This document shows, piece after piece, positions 56,754 through 64,000 of a DNA stretch of 64,000 bases. The DNA comes from Minutocellus sp. GHC0000111. Lineage: Eukaryota. Both the position numbers and the translations under genes were made by a program. A model generated the notes under the pieces. It did not search any database. It saw nothing but the letters and a program-made list of their open reading frames with translations, and was not told the DNA's origin. Numbering within the stretch: position 1 is the stretch's first letter; each line of letters opens with the position of its first letter. The stretch is from positions 2,976,001 through 3,040,000 of the forward strand of contig OZ361258.1 in assembly GCA_977018835.1 (NCBI GenBank). The letters are read 5' to 3'.

Positions 56754-58397
56754 TCACTCCTCCGCAAACGTACCAGCTGGAATGCTCCCATCCTTGTAAG
56801 CAATCTTCCGCAACGAAGCATCGGCAGCCCAGCGTCCAGGGGGAACGCCGTCAGTCAAGAAGGACATGGCTTCCTTGATGTCTTTGTCCATCAAAACTGT
56901 GTTCAGGGGTGAAGGATCAACAACCTCCAGGTTGCACCCCTTGAAAATGACCCAACAGGAGTGGTTGTCCTGCTGCTCAATCTGAGAGCCAAGCTTGGCC
57001 CACCGCCCACCGCCGTTCACCATCATGTCAGTGTAGGCCTCCTTGAACACTTTGGGTGTCACAACTTCGTGCAACATTTGCACCAGGCAAACAGCCTCCT
57101 CGGCAGGAGGGCGAATCTTCTCTGACACGTCCAGGGAAAACATGGTGGTTGTGATTGGAAAAGCTGACCCAGTCTTGGAGTAGGACAGCTTCCCAACATC
57201 AGCACCGCAAGGAATGTCGCGCAAAGGAACCTCTTTGGCACTCTTTGCAAGGTCAGAGAGGCACGCAAGATGGGGGTTCTCGGTCAAAGCTTGAAGAGTG
57301 TCAATGAGAACATCAGGCTTGCTTAAGAATCCAGTAAGGGGCATTGCGCCTGTCTACGAGGTTGACGACACCCACAACTTTGGCTCTGCCTGAGGTTGTG
57401 ACCACACCAGAGAGGTTCACTGTGAGCTTGTAGCCACTGGCTCCACCACCACGGGCCTCCTTGGCACTCTTGTACTTCTGGACAACGTCCTTGGTCACCT
57501 TGATGTCAAGACTGTCCAGGTTGAGCTGTTTTGATGGTGACTTTTTGAAGGTGAACTGATGGCAACAGTGCTCTGACTGGCAACAGCAGCAGGAGGAGCA
57601 AGAGCAGCAGCAGCAACTTTCCCAGCACTAGCGCCACCTCCTTCAGCTTTGGGGGTGCGCTTGGGGGTTTCAAGAGCACCACTGGCACTCGTGCTCACAG
57701 CGTCGTCTTTGCCAACACAAGGAACAAACACTGTAGCTCCACTCTCCTGAATGGCACTCATTGCCTCAGGGTAACTGCTGTGAAGAACCACAGAAATGTT
57801 CTCCCAGTCCTTGCTGCCCTTGGACCGAGCTTCAAGAGCCCAGGCAGTGGCCACGCCATGCACCAAGTCATAGCAAGCATCAAGAGTGAACCGCTTGCCA
57901 GCATCGTCAATGGCACTGAACACACGGGCAGGGTTGCTTTCATCCTTTAGCTCCTGCACAGGAACCCTGCTGCCAGTGCTAATCTGACAAGCACTATACC
58001 AATTGCCAAAGTAGCTGACGTCAACGCCATTTTCGAAGGCTATGACAGCAGCTAGCTTCTTCTTGCTTAAGTCCACCAAGCTCGGCACAGGTGAGGTGGT
58101 AGAGAGAGAGAGCAGAATCATCACCTGTTTTCTTCTTGGCAACAGGGCTTGACTCACCACGCTGATCATCAGCAACAGCTCTCTTCTTAGAGACCACAAG
58201 AGCAGAAACACTGTCACTCTTGTTCTTTTTTGCTGAAGAACAGCTGCTCTTTTCTTGCTGTCGTCACCGCTACCACCAGCAGCAGCGACAGCCACAGCAG
58301 CAGCAGCACCAGAGCTTTTGCTGCTGCGCAGGTTCCTGCTAGGAGAGCCAGTGCTTGACATAGCAGCTGGAAGAAACATAGCAACAACTAACGTCAT
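56754..58397 (-). pseudogene. Frameshifted hypothetical gene upstream of, and co-oriented with, the Rep-helicase
   Basis: Three abutting ORFs (57495-58397, 57313-57498, 56754-57344) read as one protein; CpG-poor like the helicase segment. Confidence 0.5.
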
Positions 58398-59228
58398 AAG
58401 AACTAGAAAGGTGTAAAATCACAGTTGCACGTGCAGATGTGTGGACTTTTCGGGCATTCCGAATGAATCCCTCCCGGTGTTTAAAGGGGAAAATACTCCC
58501 AAAATAATGTCTTTCCTTCGTGCGTCAAAAATAAGGAACCGCCACCATGCCACGCGCCATGCGATGCGCCATCGGTATGCCGCCCATGCATGCCGCTCCT
58601 GCCCATCGCCGACAACGATGGTGATGAAAGCTTGGGACCCGATGGTAAAGATCGATCACCTGCACTGCGCGACCATTCAAGCGCAATGGGCGACTCGTTT
58701 CCAGCATTACAAATGAACAGAGTAATCAACTTGACATGATCATACGATTCATTGGAACGAAACCGAGACGCGGCGACGATCCCGAGCAATAAATGTACAA
58801 GTCGCACTGAATAAAAGCGGCGCCACGACTGAGTGACGCAAACGCGAAGGGCACTTACGCTTATCTTCCGTGGAATATGGCGACCTCGGAGCAATGTTTT
58901 CTTTCGATGGGACGCTCTTGCCAAGAGCGTTGGTCGAATCGTTGAGATGGACTGGCACTTAAAACTTTTCTCAAATAATGAAAGAAGAATACACGTGCGA
59001 GAATGAACATGAAGATACGGCGACACCAAAGGGCTTTTCTATTCTGACATCCGGTCGAACGAATCAAGATTTCTGCGAATTCCGAGAAAATACCGGACCA
59101 TTCGCTCACAAAACTTGGAAAAAAAAATCTGATACCGATCGCAAAGTAAGGTGCTTCTTCGTACAACGAACGATACATCGCTCATATTGACGTCCACTCA
59201 TCATCCGCCTCGTAACAAAGAAGTGACC

Positions 59229-62200
59229 ATGGCCACGGTTGGCGATCCCCCAGATGGAAGCGAGGATGCTGGTGACAGCGGCAACTCTCGGCGTGCGGCG
59301 AAGGCTGGGAGCAACGATGTAAGTATCAACTATTTCTGTATTCATTTCGGTGAATGAGCATGCGATTGATATCAGATCCACACATATTTTCGACTGACCA
59401 AGAGCGAAAGGGAATTCCCCGCACTGATGACACATGAAAGGGAACGTCGACAATCATTGTCCATTGGTGTGTGATTTTGAGTTGCAATCAAAATCATCCA
59501 GCGGTAGCAATATTTCCCTTCAAGGAGAACAATTTTTCTTTTTTTTTTTCGTGCTGATTTATTTCCATGACGTAATCATGATGATTATATGACGTTCTTC
59601 CTTTTGAATACCCCCCAGTATTCATTCGGAAGACCCAAAACGAGATCTAACTCTCCTTTGACTTATACATTGTTTTATTTACGTGACATAGCAAATCCAA
59701 ATCCAACTCCCAGATGAAGGAATTAAGCAACTGTTGACTGCTGCCGGTATCGAAGCAACGTTTCTCAATCATAATGGAAAGATATGTGTATGCATTGGCG
59801 AGGCTTCAACGGTCAAGCTCTCGGTCCTTTTTCTTCGTGCTCTTTTGAAGTACTTCGGGGCCACTGACCCTGCAATTAATGGTGAAGATATTGGTGCCGC
59901 TGGTGATGGAAACGATAGGGGCGCTTGTATCAGATTGAACACTGAAGGATTTGGGAGCACTGGAGCTTTCAAAATGCTGGTGTATTCACTCGTCTCGCAG
60001 GGCATTCATGCCTATCGCACTTACGGCGAGGTAGATGACAACTTGGATGACCTAAATCCGTATCGACGTAATCTCATCATGCGCAGCGAAGACGTTAGAA
60101 TAATGATGAAGATAATGGATAACGAGGGTTTCGCCGGTGAACTGACGCTCGGAAAATTCACCGAGGATCTCAATCATGAATGGTGGGGATTTTACTATGG
60201 AGTGCTCCCTTCTCATCATGGTGACACAAACTCTCAATATCAGACTTATCGTCGTGACGCAAATTACGTGCAGAGCTTTCTCTTCGGGATAATGAAGACG
60301 TTGCTTAGAAAGCGAGACGTCAGCGAACCAACAAAGACCCTGTTAGAATGTGAACTCGTCCGTGATCGGCGACCAGGGGGGAAAGTGGAGAACCTCGACA
60401 ACCTGTGGATAGAAGACCCCTCTGCCGCGCTTGCATTTTATCCATTCGTTTCCAATAATAACATCGAACGTATCCTGAAATGCATGGACATAATTGACTC
60501 TGGCATCTTGCCAGACTACATCAATAGGGACGGTGACGATGACGTTATCGATAAACTTTTTGCCAGTTACCATCCTTTCATTGGCGGAGAACTCAAAAGA
60601 CGCGGAGCGGAATTCTTTGTTTGCATTCATCGAGATTCGCTTCCTCAGTTGATAGATTTATTTCTGACTAACGCAATTGACCATCTCAGGGCTACGGTAC
60701 CAACACTTCTCAGTGAGGACGATCATGTTGGTCCTGATGTTTTCGCGGACAATAAGGAAAAGAGATATCTCGTCTATCTTTTCCTTGTACAAGGGCTATT
60801 GGCGACTCTTGCTCTTGGAGAATTGACAGAGGGCCCTATTTCAAATGATCTTGACTTACGATTTGCGACAAGCGGAGAAGAGCGGCAATCCATCCACGAC
60901 CTCTTTCGATCTCATGAATTTCTTCCAACGATCGGTCCGAACACAAAATCAACTGGTAGTTGGGTCGGATATAATGCCATGACTCCCTATTACCTGGGCC
61001 AGTTCTTGAAAGACAATGTCCAACTGATTAGGAATAAAGAGGTGAACATGAACACCCAGAGCTATATTATCGGAGTAATGAAACTACTCTTTGCCAAGCG
61101 CTCGAGACCTGCTGTCAAATGTCTCTTGAAGTATGACATATGGTATGAAGTTGGATTGGGCAGATGGCAGAATATTACGCCCCTCTGGGAAAGTAAAGGA
61201 TTTGTCGCAAAGACAGAGTTGATGAAAGTGGCCAAAGTATTGGATGAAATTGACCGTGTGGCTCCTAATGGGGCGGCCATCCTTAATGACTATCTACAAG
61301 CCCATTTCGCGAGGGTGGGTGAGGAAACAAAAGCCCATCTTGATACGCTCGAAAAGGATACCTTTCTAAATCTTGACGAACTCAGCGATGACGCCTCAGA
61401 TAAAGAAATGAGCGAGACTGAACGCTCGAGGCTATTCGTCGACGCTGCTACACCAAGGCGGGAGAGTCGAAAAATGGCCAGCCGAGAAACGCTACTTCTG
61501 GAAACTGACAGGCCTCATGGTGCCGTCGATAACGCCGAGGTTAGTACCGAAGGAAACACCAATGATCAGGAAGCCCTACCGATGGAAGAAGAGGACTTCA
61601 ATGCACCTCCAGTTAACGACGACTCTATTGATAATATCGATAACGCTGACGATGAAGCCGAAGAAGCCAACAGCGAGGCATCCAATAACGACGACTCGAG
61701 TGGCAGCGATAGAGACGAGCAGAGTAGTGAGGGCAGCGGCAAGAGTGACAATGATTGTGACGATGAAGATGAATTTAAAGATGTCGATCATCTCGCAAAC
61801 ATAACCGCAAGCACGACGAAAGTTGATTTAAAAACAAGCATTGCTTCGAGAGGGGATTGGCCAATTGTCCTGTTGGCCTATGTGTCGTTACCTTTCCCGA
61901 AGACTTCCTCGCAGCGATTGAAACTCAGAGGCTGTAATCAGCAACTAGTGCAGCGGGCCAAGGCCGAAGACATCGCAGTGGACATGTTCCGGAGCAGAAA
62001 TGAGGCGAAGGAGCAGCTTACATTCCAACCTGCAACGCTGATGATCGGAGCCGTTGGCAATGAAGCAGATAATGATGAGGAGGATCTTGTGTTCGATGCA
62101 GAATACGGCGTCGCGAGTGGCGAGTCAACAGTAAAGCGGCACGTGGTCGAGTGTTCAGGACCCAAGGTACTGTATTATGTCATGCTGTCAGCAGGAAGCT

Positions 62201-64000
62201 ATGAAGAAGCCGATAAATACATCCAGGAAACTATTGAAAAGGGAAGAATAGAGGAGAATTGGAACCAGGATTATCATGACGAGTGCTCAAAAATTGCCGA
62301 AGGCTTGGCAAAAGACATTGCGAGCATCGAATCATTCATAGAGAAGGACAAGAATAGTGAGATCGAAGGGTAAGTGCTGATTTTTATTTAGAGGTATTCA
62401 AACAGAATTTGAACACTCACGAATATTTCCTCTCTTTGCGCATAGGGAACCTCTTCTTCGAGACTTGGACCGATATACAGGGATGAAAAGAACTCACTAT
62501 GTCTTGCGGGCGCGGTATGACATGGTGATTTACTTGTCTCGCCGTCGTCTCGGATCAACCTTTCCAACGTCAATGAGTTACAATTTAATTGGTTGCAACA
62601 TTGATGGCCAGCACCGTGGTCTCGCATCGTGGATGAAAACATTCGGTTTGCCATATGGTGATGATAGCAATCGCTCCTTTGACGTGACCAACCCGACGCT
62701 GCGGAAGCAAATGGAATGCTACCATAATCAAGGATCCAACGTGTTGCACGCTGATTCACAGATCCTCGACAAGGTCAATGTCACGGTTCTTCATTTCACA
62801 CGAGATGTAGACCACCTCAGAGCAGTCAGTGACCTTAATGCTCGTGCTGCTCAGCAATCATCGGGACAAACCAATTTCTCGCAACTCAGCAACATGCTCA
62901 AAGATCTCAATGCTGCCAGCCAGGCCAAGGAAATTAAGCATCACACCGTAGAATCATGTCTCATGGAGAGTGGTGGTACTCTCGAAGGAACACTCATGTC
63001 CGTTAGGGGGGCAGCGGCTTTCGCCCTCGCAAAGAATCTAACTGCGACCTCGCTCTGGGGAAGAGAAGAAATCTCGAAGGTAAAGACAAATGGCGATGAA
63101 GTAACGCCAGAAAAGAAACTCGAAATGGTGGTAGCGCAGATCAAGCCTCTGGCTCGAGGATATCAAAAGGATCCCGACTGTGATGACGACGCCAAATTCC
63201 ATAACGCAATTGGTCACAGAATATCGTATGGAGTTCACAAATTCGAGGCCCCGAAGCAAAAGAGCACCTTCACGCTGACCAAAGAAATCAGAGGAACACT
63301 TGATCTTGCATCGATGATGGCCCTCAACCCCTCCGCCCTCATCACCTTCCAAATGGCACTTTCTCAGGATCCAAAGATGGCTTCGTACGACAAGCTTGAA
63401 CTTATATGGGCGTTTCTGCGGAACGTGGCATCAACTATCGCCGGGAAACAGAGCAAAGGCGCAAGAGGAACAAAGAAGCTCAAGGGAGTGATCGACAGCA
63501 CCCTCGATAATCTGCCGACATATAAATTGGAGGCCATCAGGAATCACATCTTCTACAATGCTCTGTCAGAAATAACCAAGGAATTCACCGAAGTTGCCCT
63601 GGCGACCAAAGGATTCACGACGGTTGAGGTCTCAAACTGGTCGGCAGAGAAATCGATGCTAGTGCAGGGATATCGAGCTTATCAGAATGATCGTCACAAC
63701 GAAGCATCGGCCGAGAAAAGAGATCACATGACAGATATGATCCTTGCCACAGCCTACAAGAACAGGACAGAGTGGACGTCCAGATCGAATTCTCCCCCAA
63801 CGGACGTGCTATCATTAGCAATGGCTACATACGTCTCCGTGCTGAGGGAAGCACTAGACGCAGGATATCTGCAGAGCGACGCAATGAAGAAGAGAATCAA
63901 GGATCTCAAGAACGAAGACGATTGGTTCCTCTTCTCGTCGTCAACGATGAGACGAGATCAGATTCCAACGGACACCGACCTCGACGATAAAACTTGCATT
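59229..64000 (+). CDS. Large multi-exon orphan gene: exon 59229-59318, exon 59692-~62370, further exon(s) including an open frame 62762->64000
   Basis: Phase-0 GTAAGT donor at 59319 and TAG acceptor at 59691 in frame with the 879-aa ORF; GTAAG donor at 62370; no stop seen in the frame from 62762 to the window end. Confidence 0.65.

Noticed and set aside
1..64000. tRNA, rRNA or prokaryotic operon features
   Set aside because: None recognised by eye; a covariance search was not possible.

Overview
Eukaryotic, gene-dense DNA with short GT-AG introns. It is most likely from a diatom (inference from S/P/T-rich secreted proteins with RxL propeptide sites and an ASAFAP-type plastid presequence). 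Contents in order: (i) two tandem paralogous mucin-like secreted proteins (1-8.5 kb); (ii) an apparently full-length ~7 kb non-LTR retrotransposon of the restriction-like-endonuclease (CRE-like) type (11.2-18.2 kb), whose ORF1 carries an RNase H1 hybrid-binding-like domain and whose pol ORF has no AUG before its zinc fingers and one in-frame TAG; (iii) housekeeping and secreted genes (SPF27, cationic amino-acid transporter, Fcf2, LOR, VHL-PUB, CHMP1, twin-CX9C, JmjC, TRM112, 2OG-Fe(II) oxygenase, MYND, M12B protease, U-box/Sel1) plus MITEs, with several genes carrying single lesions; (iv) a 3'-truncated argininosuccinate synthase at 44.4 kb, followed by an accessory region with Tudor/GW-repeat and LRR genes, a decayed intron-containing Helitron Rep-helicase whose N-terminus splices in frame from ubiquitin-like domains ending in RLRGG, and a large orphan gene running off the window. 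All calls come from reading motifs by eye; no database searches were run.
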